Position numbers and translations under genes: made by a program | Notes under the pieces: generated by a model | Seen by the model: only the letters and a program-made list of their open reading frames with translations | The model's database searches: none | Told to the model about the DNA's origin: nothing | Shown here: piece after piece, positions 1-9,097 of the stretch | Position numbering within the stretch: the first letter of the stretch is position 1 | Layout: every line of letters starts with the position of its first letter | NCBI GenBank assembly: GCA_041576165.1 | Contig: JBFGLM010000025.1 | Coordinates: 1-64,000, forward strand | From: Acidimicrobiia bacterium | GTDB lineage: Bacteria; Actinomycetota; Acidimicrobiia; Spongiisociales; Spongiisociaceae | Direction of reading: 5' to 3' | Length of the DNA stretch: 64,000 bases

Positions 1-851
1 CGTTCTCCGCAGCCGAGGGTGACTTGGGCGGCGGCGAGGGCTTCGATGTTGGCTTCGTGGGTGGTGCCGTTGTCGTCGTCGAAGGAGTCGGCTTCGATGG
101 CGGGCAGGTCGAGGGCGCGTACCAGGAAGGTGGCCATCTGCGCCCGGGTCACCGGGTCTTCGGGACAGTACAGACCGGGGGCACAGCCACCCGTGATCCC
201 GAGCTCGGCCAGCTGCAGAATGTTCGTTTCGTGGACCGACGCACCGATGTCCGAGAAAGGCCTAGACGGATCAGGCTCGGGGCTGGGGGGTGTCGAGACC
301 TCGGTGGCGGCTTGCAGGTGCGAGTAAGGGTTGATGGCGGTGCCGCTCGGGTCGTGCAGCTCGAAATGCAGGTGCGAGACGGTCGCTTCGGCGTTCCCCG
401 AGTCACCGACCCATCCGATGAGCTGCCCCGCCTCGACATAGACGCCCGAGTCGATCCCGTCAGCGAAACCGTACCCCAGTCCGTCGTCGGTGCCCGGCGT
501 GTCGTTGTTGAGATGGATGTACCAGCTGGCCCAGCCGTCGTCATGGTTGAGAGCCATGGCACAGCAGTCGCCGCCCTGTTCGTTGTCGATCCAGCCAACG
601 GTGCCGGAAGCAGCTGCGACCACCGGCACCATCTTGTCGGCGATGATGTCCGTCCCGGCGTGAGTGCGGCCGCCGGAGCGGGGCGCGCCAAACGTGTCCG
701 AGTAGTAGTTGTCGCCGGCCACCGGGAAGACGAGGGGATAGATCTCGGGTTCTTCCTGGGCGCGGGCCGGCAGAGCCGTCGCCAGGACGGCGATGATCAG
801 CGCTGTGAGGGTGAAACGGGCCGGCATGCTCGGCCAATATCGGAATCTCAA
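1..851 (-). CDS. Secreted M23 metallopeptidase with C-terminal SLH repeats (runs off the window's left edge)
   Basis: Not in the ORF track; manual translation of the minus strand gives signal peptide MPARFTLTALIIAVLATALPARA, M23 motifs HAGTD and HLHFE, then SLH repeats (PFSDIGASVHETNILQLAELGITGGCAPGLYCPEDPVTRAQMATFLVRAL). Start is TTG 851 (AAGGA upstream) or ATG 827. Confidence 0.88.
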   Translation of the reverse strand, partial: MRFRYWPSMPARFTLTALIIAVLATALPARAQEEPEIYPLVFPVAGDNYYSDTFGAPRSGGRTHAGTDIIADKMVPVVAAASGTVGWIDNEQGGDCCAMALNHDDGWASWYIHLNNDTPGTDDGLGYGFADGIDSGVYVEAGQLIGWVGDSGNAEATVSHLHFELHDPSGTAINPYSHLQAATEVSTPPSPEPDPSRPFSDIGASVHETNILQLAELGITGGCAPGLYCPEDPVTRAQMATFLVRALDLPAIEADSFDDDNGTTHEANIEALAAAQVTLGCGE

Positions 852-907
852 CCGATTCCTTGAATCTCCGCCATCGGGGTGTCACTCGCAGGCGCCCCGG
901 TCCAGGT

Positions 908-2986
908 TTACCCCAGGTCAGTTCCGTCGGCCCGGTAGAGGAACGCGGCCATCTGCCGACGTGGGACCGGATCCTTTGGGCAGAACAGCGACGAGTCGCA
1001 GCCGAGGGTGATTCCAGAGGCCGCTAGGGCATTGATGTTGGACTCGTGCACCCCGCCGTCATCCGTGAAGAAATCCTGAGTCGTCGCGGCCAGCCCGTAG
1101 CCGCGGGTGAGGAAGGTGGCCATCTGCTCCCGGGTGATCTCGTCTTCCGGGCAGAACAACGTTCCGTCCGCATCGCACCCCAGCGTGATACCCGCCTCCC
1201 GCAGCCGGTTGATGTTCTCCTGATGGGTGCTCGTTGCGTCGTCGGTGAAATGGTCCTGACTGGCGGCCGGCAGATTCAGGGCACGGCTCAGGAATGACGC
1301 CATCTGCCCGCGGGTCACGGAGTCGTTCGGGCAGTACAGGGTGCTCGACTGGTTGCACCCCAGCGTCACCCCGGTTGCCGACAGCCAGTAGATCTCCTTC
1401 TCGAAGGGATTGCCGCCGATGTCGGTGAACGGGGCGCCGGCAATGATCTCGAACGTGTGCAGCGTGCCGCCGACGGTCACGGTCGCCTCGTAGATTCCGG
1501 GCCCGGAATACGTGTGAGTCACGGAGAAGCCGTTGGCCGATCCGCCGTCGCCGAAGGTCCACAGGTAGCTGCCCGAGCAGACATCCACCCCAAAATCGAC
1601 GGTGAACGGGGCTCCCCCGTAGCTCGCCGATGCACTTGGAGCGAACTCGGTCAACGCCCGGTAGGCATTCAGACGGGCGCCGGTGGCGACGAGCCCGGTC
1701 AGGTTGGGCAGCCGGTCCGCACCACGGCGGATCCGAGCCTCGACCTGGTTGGGGGTCAGGCACGGGTCCTCGGACAGGACCAAGGCTGCCACACCAGCCA
1801 CATGTGGTGCCGCAAACGAAGTGCCATCCCCGAAGCCATAGCCGGATGGGCTGGACGCCGGTGGCAGCGACGAATAGATCGATACACCAGGGGCGGCCAG
1901 GTCAACCGTGGTGGCTCCGAAGTTCGAAAATGTGTCGAGCGCATCGAATTCGTCCGTCATCGCAACCGAGAGCAACCCCGATAGTGGAAAGCTGGCTGGG
2001 ATGGACGGTGTCCCAAAGACGCTGCTCTGAGGATCGTCGTTATTGCCTCCGAAGTTGCCCGCCGCGGCCACTACCGAGAGACCGGCGCCAATGGCATCGG
2101 AGAAGCCCGATTCGAAGATGTCATCGATCAGCTGGTCGCCGGTTTCTCGGCCAAGGGAGAGGTTGGCTACGTGCGCTCCATTAGCAGCGGCGTAGGCGAG
2201 GCCGGCAATCACGTCGCTGTCGAAGCAACCATTCGATCCGCATACCCGGACCGGCATGATCGTGGCGTCCGGCGCCACTCCTGCGATTCCCACGCCATTG
2301 ATCGGTGCCCCGATGATTCCGGATACGAAGGTTCCGTGGCCCCCTCCGCCTTCGTCCATGGGGTCGTTGTCGTTCGAGAAGAAGTCCCAGCCGTTCACGT
2401 CGTCCTCGAATCCATTGGAGTCGTCATCGAGCCCGTTGCCGGGAATCTCGTCCGGATTCACCCACACGGTTCCGGCCAGGTCGGGATGGGTCTGATCGAT
2501 CCCGGAGTCCAGTACCGCGACGACGACACCCGACCCGGTCGTGATGTCCCAGGCGTCGGTGGCGTCGATGTCGGCATCGGGGGTGCCGGAGGTGTTCTCC
2601 AGTGGCCACTGCAGGGCGGCATCTGGCTCCGGGTTCGGACCGAGCAGCTGGCTCACACCATTGGGAACGACGGTGACGCCCAGCTCGGACGAAAGCTGCG
2701 CCGCACGTACTGCCGGCGGCAACGGGGAGCTGTCCCGGATCAACGACCAGCCGAAGCCGAGTCGTTCGGTGCCACGCCCGAGCAGCCGGGCGCCGTCGAG
2801 CTTGATGAGAAACTCGCCCGCCACCGCGAGCGGATCGCCCTCGCGGCCGCCGACCGATACGAGCACCGGGCCCGTGGCGGGACGTGCCTGGTGGTCTGGC
2901 CGCGACGGTGGCTCCTGGGCAGCCGCGACCGGAAGCGAGGCCGCCAAGACGGCGACAACGACTGCGGTGCGGATGATCCGTTGCAC
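908..2986 (-). CDS. Secreted S8 subtilisin-like serine protease + PKD domain + 3 SLH repeats
   Basis: Signal peptide; triad motifs VAVLDSG, HGTFVSG and GTSFAAPHVAG; PKD-like YLWTFGDG; three GxTLGC..(F/Y)CP..RxQMA repeats. Confidence 0.93.
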   Translation of the reverse strand: MQRIIRTAVVVAVLAASLPVAAAQEPPSRPDHQARPATGPVLVSVGGREGDPLAVAGEFLIKLDGARLLGRGTERLGFGWSLIRDSSPLPPAVRAAQLSSELGVTVVPNGVSQLLGPNPEPDAALQWPLENTSGTPDADIDATDAWDITTGSGVVVAVLDSGIDQTHPDLAGTVWVNPDEIPGNGLDDDSNGFEDDVNGWDFFSNDNDPMDEGGGGHGTFVSGIIGAPINGVGIAGVAPDATIMPVRVCGSNGCFDSDVIAGLAYAAANGAHVANLSLGRETGDQLIDDIFESGFSDAIGAGLSVVAAAGNFGGNNDDPQSSVFGTPSIPASFPLSGLLSVAMTDEFDALDTFSNFGATTVDLAAPGVSIYSSLPPASSPSGYGFGDGTSFAAPHVAGVAALVLSEDPCLTPNQVEARIRRGADRLPNLTGLVATGARLNAYRALTEFAPSASASYGGAPFTVDFGVDVCSGSYLWTFGDGGSANGFSVTHTYSGPGIYEATVTVGGTLHTFEIIAGAPFTDIGGNPFEKEIYWLSATGVTLGCNQSSTLYCPNDSVTRGQMASFLSRALNLPAASQDHFTDDATSTHQENINRLREAGITLGCDADGTLFCPEDEITREQMATFLTRGYGLAATTQDFFTDDGGVHESNINALAASGITLGCDSSLFCPKDPVPRRQMAAFLYRADGTDLG

Positions 2987-3211
2987 GAAACCCTCCCCAG
3001 CGGATGACTTACGGTATCCGAAGGTGGCTGGTACCTTTCATCGGCACCGGCCCTGTCACCCTACAGTGAACCAGGGGTTGGACGGGCACCTTCGGCGGGT
3101 AGCCCAACGTTGGGGGTCCCCTGTGAGGGGCGTATCAGGACGCGGTAAAACAAAGAAAAACAGGCGGCGGCGTTTGGCGCGCCTCGCCCCGGTGGCCAGA
3201 AAGCCAGGCTG

Positions 3212-5128
3212 ATGATATTCCGCCGCTCGACCTTCGTCGCGCTCATCATCTCCGCCCTCTTCGTGGTGGGGAATCTCGAGATCCGGGCCGTTCCTCCAGA
3301 GGCGTCTGCCTGGTCGTTTCCGCTGGGATTCCAGGAATCGAACGCCTCGCACCTGTGGGAAACCGATGCCATTCGGGCCGATGTCACGCTGGCGGGTATC
3401 TCCTGGGAGCAAAAGCCGCCCCGAGCCGCATGGGTGCGGGGCAGCATGGACGGTGAGGTGTGGTCTGACTGGGCGGCGCTCGTGATCGAAGCCGAGCACG
3501 GACCGGATCCTGGGACCGACGAAGCCCGGGCCACCAATCCGGCCAGTGAGCCGGTCTATCTCGGTGAGGTCCGCTGGATCCAGTTCCGCATCGACGGACA
3601 GCCCGGCGAGCTCGAGGCGCACGTGGTCGAGACCGCAGGTCGTCAGCGATCGCTGCTCACCCGTGTGACCGACGCGTGGCGCCGAATCGCCTGGCGAGAA
3701 CCGTCGGCGGGTGCGGCGCCGGGTCAACCCGACATCATCAGCCGGGACGTATGGGGCGGTGATCGTTGCGTGGGAGACAAGGAGCCTCCCGGTCTCACCG
3801 ACGGGGTTCGGGCCATGTTCATCCACCACACGGCGACCGCCGGCGCCTATTCGGAAGCCGCGGCCCCTGACGTTGTCTATGCCATCTGCAATTACCACGC
3901 CAACACCAGGGGCTGGAAGGACATCGGCTACAACTTCCTCATCGACGTGTATGGCAACATCTACGAGGGTCGAGCCGGGGGAGTTGATCAACCGGTGTGG
4001 GGGGCCCATACGGGCGGGTTCAACTACTACTCGTTCGGGGTCGGGCTCATCGCCGATCACAATGTCTCGTCTGTGGGCGCAGCTGCCCAGCTGTCGCTGA
4101 TCGAGCTGGCCGCCTGGAAGCTCGACATCCACCATGTCGATCCGTCGCAGGCGATCACGATCGAATCGCTGGGATCCACCCGCTATGACCAGGGCGTCAT
4201 CGTCGACATGCCGACGGTGGCCGGGCACCGCGACGCCTCGTCGACCTCGTGTCCGGGGAATCTTTGTTACCCGTTGCTGGGGGGCTTCCGCACATCGTTC
4301 CAGGAGACGGGCGGCGCGAAGATATACGGCACCGGACCCGAGACTGCCCCCGTGCCGCTGGGCCCCACGACGTTCTCCTTCACGATCACCGAACCCGCCG
4401 ACTGGCATTTCCGGCTGTTCGACGCCAACGAAGAGATGCTGCTGGATGAGAGCGGAAGCGGTACCGACGTATCGATTCCGTGGGACGGCCGCATCGCCGG
4501 TGAACTCATCGAGCCGGGTGACTACCGGGTGTCCTTCACCGCTGTGACCGGGACTGGAGAGGTCCCCCGGCCCGTCGACCAGGTGATCACCTGGTATAGG
4601 GCACCGTTCCGCGATGACGACACGTCGGTACATGAGACCTCGATCAACACCATCGCTGCCCAGGGCATAACCCAGGGTTGCAGCACGTATTTCGATTGGT
4701 GGTTCTGCCCCGACGACGAGGTGCCCCGCGATCAAATGGCGTCCTTCATTGCCCGCGCGTTGGGGTTGGCCGACAGCGACAGCGATCGATTCAGCGATGA
4801 TGACGGGAACGTGCACGAGGGCGCTATCAATGCACTCGCCGACGCCGGTATCACGGTCGGGTGCAGCAGCGGTGGTGGCTACTGCCCCCGGCGATCGATT
4901 TCTCGAGCCGAGATGGCCACGTTCTTGTACCGGGCGCTCGATTTGCAACCGGCCGGCTCAGACTATTTCATTGACGATGACAACAACCCCCACGAGACGG
5001 CGATCAACGCCATCGCGGAACTGGGGGTGACGCTCGGATGCGGAGGGGAGCGTTTCTGTCCCAATGACCCTGTGATGCGCGCCCAGATGGCGAGTTTTCT
5101 CGACCGGGCGTTCATCTCCGGACCGTGA
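3212..5128 (+). CDS. N-acetylmuramoyl-L-alanine amidase (Amidase_2/PGRP-like) + FlgD-like Ig domain + 3 SLH repeats
   Basis: FIHHTAT, GWKDIGYNFLID, GAHTGGFN and GHRDASSTSCPG Zn-amidase motifs; WDGR..GELIEPGDY; three SLH repeats. Confidence 0.92.
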   Translation: MIFRRSTFVALIISALFVVGNLEIRAVPPEASAWSFPLGFQESNASHLWETDAIRADVTLAGISWEQKPPRAAWVRGSMDGEVWSDWAALVIEAEHGPDPGTDEARATNPASEPVYLGEVRWIQFRIDGQPGELEAHVVETAGRQRSLLTRVTDAWRRIAWREPSAGAAPGQPDIISRDVWGGDRCVGDKEPPGLTDGVRAMFIHHTATAGAYSEAAAPDVVYAICNYHANTRGWKDIGYNFLIDVYGNIYEGRAGGVDQPVWGAHTGGFNYYSFGVGLIADHNVSSVGAAAQLSLIELAAWKLDIHHVDPSQAITIESLGSTRYDQGVIVDMPTVAGHRDASSTSCPGNLCYPLLGGFRTSFQETGGAKIYGTGPETAPVPLGPTTFSFTITEPADWHFRLFDANEEMLLDESGSGTDVSIPWDGRIAGELIEPGDYRVSFTAVTGTGEVPRPVDQVITWYRAPFRDDDTSVHETSINTIAAQGITQGCSTYFDWWFCPDDEVPRDQMASFIARALGLADSDSDRFSDDDGNVHEGAINALADAGITVGCSSGGGYCPRRSISRAEMATFLYRALDLQPAGSDYFIDDDNNPHETAINAIAELGVTLGCGGERFCPNDPVMRAQMASFLDRAFISGP

Positions 5129-5166
5129 CCGATGGTCGGTCGAATCGGGGTCGATTGTTGATCATC

Positions 5167-7026
5167 ATGAACCGTAGGAACAGACTTCTTGCGATCTGCC
5201 TGGCTGTCGCCGTGGCCGGATCCCCCGCACCAGCCGCGCTGGCCGAGTCGGATATCGATTTCGAGTTCGCCGGAGCCGGGTGGGGGCATGGCGTCGGTCT
5301 CAGTCAGTACGGCGCCAAGGGCCAAGCGATCGAGGATCCCGCCAAGCCCGGGGCCGACATCGTCGAGTACTACTACCCGACCGCCGATGTGCGTCCGCTG
5401 ACCGACCTCAGTATGTCCAACGACTACCTGACCACGCTCGAGAACCCGCTGTGGATCAATCTCGACACCAGCCGCACCACACTCACCTTCACCGCGGTAG
5501 GAGGCCCGTTGGACCTGTGCCTCAGCGGTGACGGCGAAGGCCCATGCCCCAAGCCCGAGCATCCGCAAGCCGGACAGACGTGGACATTCGAAACGCTGGC
5601 GGGGGGCGGCTGCGCGTTCTTCATGAATGGTGTCCAGCAGGGCACCACGGGCGACTGCCAAGCCGCCATCGCCTGGCCGGACGCAGCTGCCGTCGACGTC
5701 GCGGATATCTGCGGTACCGGGGACGTGTATGACTGCCGCTACCAGTATGGGGAAATCAAGATCCGCCCCTCGGGATCCTCATTCCATGTCGTGCTCGCCG
5801 TGGGGTTGGAGGAGTACCTGCGCGGCCTGGGCGAACTGCCGATCGACTGGTCCGAGCCGGGCGCCAACGAGGCCCAGGTGATCGCCAGCCGGTCCTACGC
5901 GGTGCACGAGTTCTTGCGTCACGAAGATTCTCACACCCGCACCGATCTCAACGCCGGCGTGCCGACGAACTGCTACTGCCACATGTACGACGACGCTCGG
6001 GATCAGTCGTATGTCGGGTCCCAGATCAACGGGCTGGACCGCGAGAACCTCGCTTCGGTCTGGACAAGCGCGGTAGCAGCGACGACCGGTCAGGTCCTGA
6101 CGTACAGCGGGGCCAATTGGGAAAGCCTCACGGCATCGGGCGTGATCAAGGCGTTCTACTTCTCATCGAGCGGCGGTTGGACGGAATCCAACGTCGCCGC
6201 CTTCGGTTCCGCCACCCAGCCTCCATACTTCGAGCCGGTCGCCGATCCGTGGTCGCTCGATCCGGGCACCGGGAACCCGAATGCGGCCTGGACCAAATCG
6301 ATCAGTGCCGGCGCCATCGCCGACATTCTGGGAGTCGACCAGGTGACCTCTGCCCGGATGGTCAGCGGGCTCCCCAATGCGCAACTCGAATTCGGCGTGA
6401 TCGATAACGGGGTCGCCGGCATCCGCATCCGGGGCGGTGGGTGGATCCGGACCGATCTCGGATTGCTGTCATCAGGCCTCCACACGATCGACGGAGTCGG
6501 GCCGGGACCGCCGGCGCCGTTCGATGACATAGGTGGATCGGTGCACTTCGATGCGATCGTGGCGCTGGTTGACGCCGGCGTTACCGAGGGCTGTGACTCG
6601 AACTCGTTCTGTCCCAACCGGCCTGTGACCAGAGGTCAGATGGCTTCCTTCATCGCCCGGGCGATGGATCTACCACCCGCCACAGGTGACCACTTCACCG
6701 ACGACGACGCCGATGTGCACCAGGACAACATAAACCGGCTGCGGGAGGCAGGGATCACGACCGGGTGTGGGGCCAACTCCTTCTGCCCGGACCAGCCGGT
6801 GACCCGCGGGCAAATGGCAGTTTTCTTGATGCGCGCGCTAAATCTCACGGAGAGTGATGTCGATGCATTCTCTGACGACGACGTGACGCCGTATGAGGAT
6901 GCCGTCAATGCCATCGCAGCAGCAGGAATCACCGAAGGATGCGCCCCGGACCGGTACTGCCCGACGGCGTTGGTCCAAAGAGCACAAATGGCAACGTTCC
7001 TCGTCCGAGCCTTCTTCGGGGGATGA
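5167..7026 (+). CDS. SpoIID/LytB-domain lytic transglycosylase + 3 SLH repeats (paralog 1)
   Basis: Signal peptide MNRRNRLLAICLAVAV; GWGHGVGLSQYGA, EEYLRGLGE, AQVIASRSYA, DQSY, FYFSSSGG. Confidence 0.9.
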   Translation: MNRRNRLLAICLAVAVAGSPAPAALAESDIDFEFAGAGWGHGVGLSQYGAKGQAIEDPAKPGADIVEYYYPTADVRPLTDLSMSNDYLTTLENPLWINLDTSRTTLTFTAVGGPLDLCLSGDGEGPCPKPEHPQAGQTWTFETLAGGGCAFFMNGVQQGTTGDCQAAIAWPDAAAVDVADICGTGDVYDCRYQYGEIKIRPSGSSFHVVLAVGLEEYLRGLGELPIDWSEPGANEAQVIASRSYAVHEFLRHEDSHTRTDLNAGVPTNCYCHMYDDARDQSYVGSQINGLDRENLASVWTSAVAATTGQVLTYSGANWESLTASGVIKAFYFSSSGGWTESNVAAFGSATQPPYFEPVADPWSLDPGTGNPNAAWTKSISAGAIADILGVDQVTSARMVSGLPNAQLEFGVIDNGVAGIRIRGGGWIRTDLGLLSSGLHTIDGVGPGPPAPFDDIGGSVHFDAIVALVDAGVTEGCDSNSFCPNRPVTRGQMASFIARAMDLPPATGDHFTDDDADVHQDNINRLREAGITTGCGANSFCPDQPVTRGQMAVFLMRALNLTESDVDAFSDDDVTPYEDAVNAIAAAGITEGCAPDRYCPTALVQRAQMATFLVRAFFGG

Positions 7027-7137
7027 GACGTCGGCTGCGGACGACGAGGCAGAGCTGCGCAGTCACCCGATGGGTTTGTCGGACGCGATCCGGGCGAGGG
7101 GCGGGCTGCCCGGGGCGTCGCGGCCGTCTCTTTTTTT
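7025..7137 (+). terminator. Long imperfect stem closed by a T7 tract (terminator/attenuator-like)
   Basis: GAGAC..CGGCTGCGGACG (7025-7043) pairs with CGTCGCGGCCGTCTC (7116-7130), followed by TTTTTTT; inner GGCAG/CTGCC. Confidence 0.45.
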
Positions 7138-7153
7138 GCCACGAAATACCACA

Positions 7154-7173
7154 GAGAGTGGTAATTCACTCTC
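7154..7173. promoter_or_regulatory. Perfect 7-6-7 palindrome upstream of SpoIID paralog 2 (operator candidate)
   Basis: GAGAGTG-GTAATT-CACTCTC, ending 36 nt before the ATG; TTGCCA lies upstream. Confidence 0.4.
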
Positions 7174-7209
7174 GGAGCGCATCCGCCGGGCGCAGGAAGA
7201 GGAGTCGGC

Positions 7210-9066
7210 ATGACGCGGATCGCGCTGGTCACGGCATTGTTTTCGACCGTGCTGGCCACTCCCTCCCCGGCGCTGGGCGCCAGCGACTACACGTTCGAAG
7301 GTTCGGGCTGGGGTCACGGGGTCGGGTTCAGTCAGTACGGTGCCCGCGGCCAGGGTCTGGAGGATCCCACGAAGTCGGGTGAGGACATCGCCGCCTACTA
7401 CTTCACGGAGGCGGAACCGGCGTCGCTGGCGGACCTCGACCTATCCAATGATCTCCTGCTCACCCACGACCATCCCCTGTGGGTGGGCCTCGCTCAGAAT
7501 GTCGCCGTCCTCGAGTTCACTCCGATCGGCGGAGCGGTCGACCTGTGCCAGGACGGCGTGTGTTCCGGTCTGCCGTCTCCAACCAGCGGCCAGACCTGGA
7601 CGTTTCAGACCCTCGGTGGCGGATGCGCCTGGTTCAAAGGTGGCGTGCAACAGACCTCGACGGGTGCCTGCCACGGCACGGTGTCATGGCCGGGGGCGGC
7701 CGGTGTCGAGGTGCGGGACCTGACCAACGCTCCGCTCATCTGCAACAGCCTCGCCGTGCTCGATCGCTGCCAGTACCGGCACGGGCAGCTCGAGCTGCGG
7801 GATGATCCATCAGGGAGCGGCTTCCACGTGTCGCTGGCGGTGGGCCTGGAGGAGTACCTCTACGGTTTGCGGGAGCTGCCTGACGACTGGACCGAGGAGA
7901 ACGTGAGCGAGGCCCAGATCATCGTGGCCCGCTCGTACGCCGCCGTCGAGTTTCTCAGCCGGGAAGATCCGGCGGACCGCACATCAGTGGACGCCGGCCT
8001 GTCCTCCTATCAGAAGGACCTCTGCTGGTGCCACACCTACGACGATACGCGGAACCAGTACTTCGTCGGCTACGACAAAGAGGCGGGTGCCCCCCACTGG
8101 CCCGAGGCAGTGGACGCCACCACCGGGCGGGTTCTCACCTACTTCGGAGAAGACTGGGAGTGGTCGACCGAGGACGGCGTCCTCCAGGGTTTCTACTCCT
8201 CCTCGCCGGGCCCGTGGACGGAGTCGAACACGACCGGGTTCGGGTCGAGCGTCCAGTATCCCTATCTGCATCCGGTGCCGGATCCGTGGTCGCAGAGCGC
8301 GGAAGCGGGCAATCCCTACGCACACTGGGAGAAAACGTTCACGGCCGATACGCTCGCCTCGCTGCTGGGCGTCGGCGACGTACTCGGGGTGTCACTCCAG
8401 AGCGGCCCTCCCGGCGCTGTCGTGGTGTTCTCGACGGTCACCGGGGGTGTAGCCGCCGATGTGGAGCTGCGCGGCAGTGTCCTGCGGAGCACGCTCGGGT
8501 TGCGGTCGGCCGCAGTGACGGCCGTCAACGGCGTCGGTGCCGGACCGCCGCCGGTCTTCGCCGACATTGCCGGCTCTGTGCATGAAGCCAACATCGAAGC
8601 GATCTACGACGCCGGCATCACCATCGGATGCGACCGCACCAGGTTCTGCATCAATGACGATGTGTTGCGGGGGCAGATGGCATCCTTCATCGCGCGGGCG
8701 ATGAACCTGCCTACTCCGCTCGGCGATTACGCGTCGGACGACAGCACTTCCGTTCACGAGGACAACATCAACCGCATCTACGACGCGGCAATCCCCCTGA
8801 GCTGCGGGCTGAATCGCTACTGCCCGAGTGAGCCGATCACGCGCGAGCACATGGCGGTATTTCTCTACCGGGCGCTACAACTTCCCGACTCAACAGAGGA
8901 CGTATTCGGCGACGATGAGTACTCTCCGTATGAGGGTGAGATCAACGCTGTGGCGGCCGCTGGGATTACGGTCGGGTGTGCGGAAGGGAAGTTCTGTCCA
9001 AACGACCCGGTTTCTCGCGGGCAGATGGCGTCGTTCTTGGTCCGGGCATTCCTCAACTCCGAATAG
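7210..9066 (+). CDS. SpoIID/LytB-domain protein + 3 SLH repeats (paralog 2)
   Basis: RBS GAGGAG; signal peptide; GWGHGVGFSQYGA, EEYLYGLRE, AQIIVARSYA; SLH x3. Confidence 0.9.
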   Translation: MTRIALVTALFSTVLATPSPALGASDYTFEGSGWGHGVGFSQYGARGQGLEDPTKSGEDIAAYYFTEAEPASLADLDLSNDLLLTHDHPLWVGLAQNVAVLEFTPIGGAVDLCQDGVCSGLPSPTSGQTWTFQTLGGGCAWFKGGVQQTSTGACHGTVSWPGAAGVEVRDLTNAPLICNSLAVLDRCQYRHGQLELRDDPSGSGFHVSLAVGLEEYLYGLRELPDDWTEENVSEAQIIVARSYAAVEFLSREDPADRTSVDAGLSSYQKDLCWCHTYDDTRNQYFVGYDKEAGAPHWPEAVDATTGRVLTYFGEDWEWSTEDGVLQGFYSSSPGPWTESNTTGFGSSVQYPYLHPVPDPWSQSAEAGNPYAHWEKTFTADTLASLLGVGDVLGVSLQSGPPGAVVVFSTVTGGVAADVELRGSVLRSTLGLRSAAVTAVNGVGAGPPPVFADIAGSVHEANIEAIYDAGITIGCDRTRFCINDDVLRGQMASFIARAMNLPTPLGDYASDDSTSVHEDNINRIYDAAIPLSCGLNRYCPSEPITREHMAVFLYRALQLPDSTEDVFGDDEYSPYEGEINAVAAAGITVGCAEGKFCPNDPVSRGQMASFLVRAFLNSE

Positions 9067-9097
9067 CCCCACGCAAGCTGCCCGACTGCTGGCGCTG

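Noticed and set aside
3056-4948. 630-aa minus-strand ORF, and similar long antisense ORFs (13881-15059, 38794-40620, 47693-48847, 56145-57326)
   Set aside because: Shadow ORFs opposite genes with clear motifs; expected in high-GC DNA, and their products have no recognisable motifs
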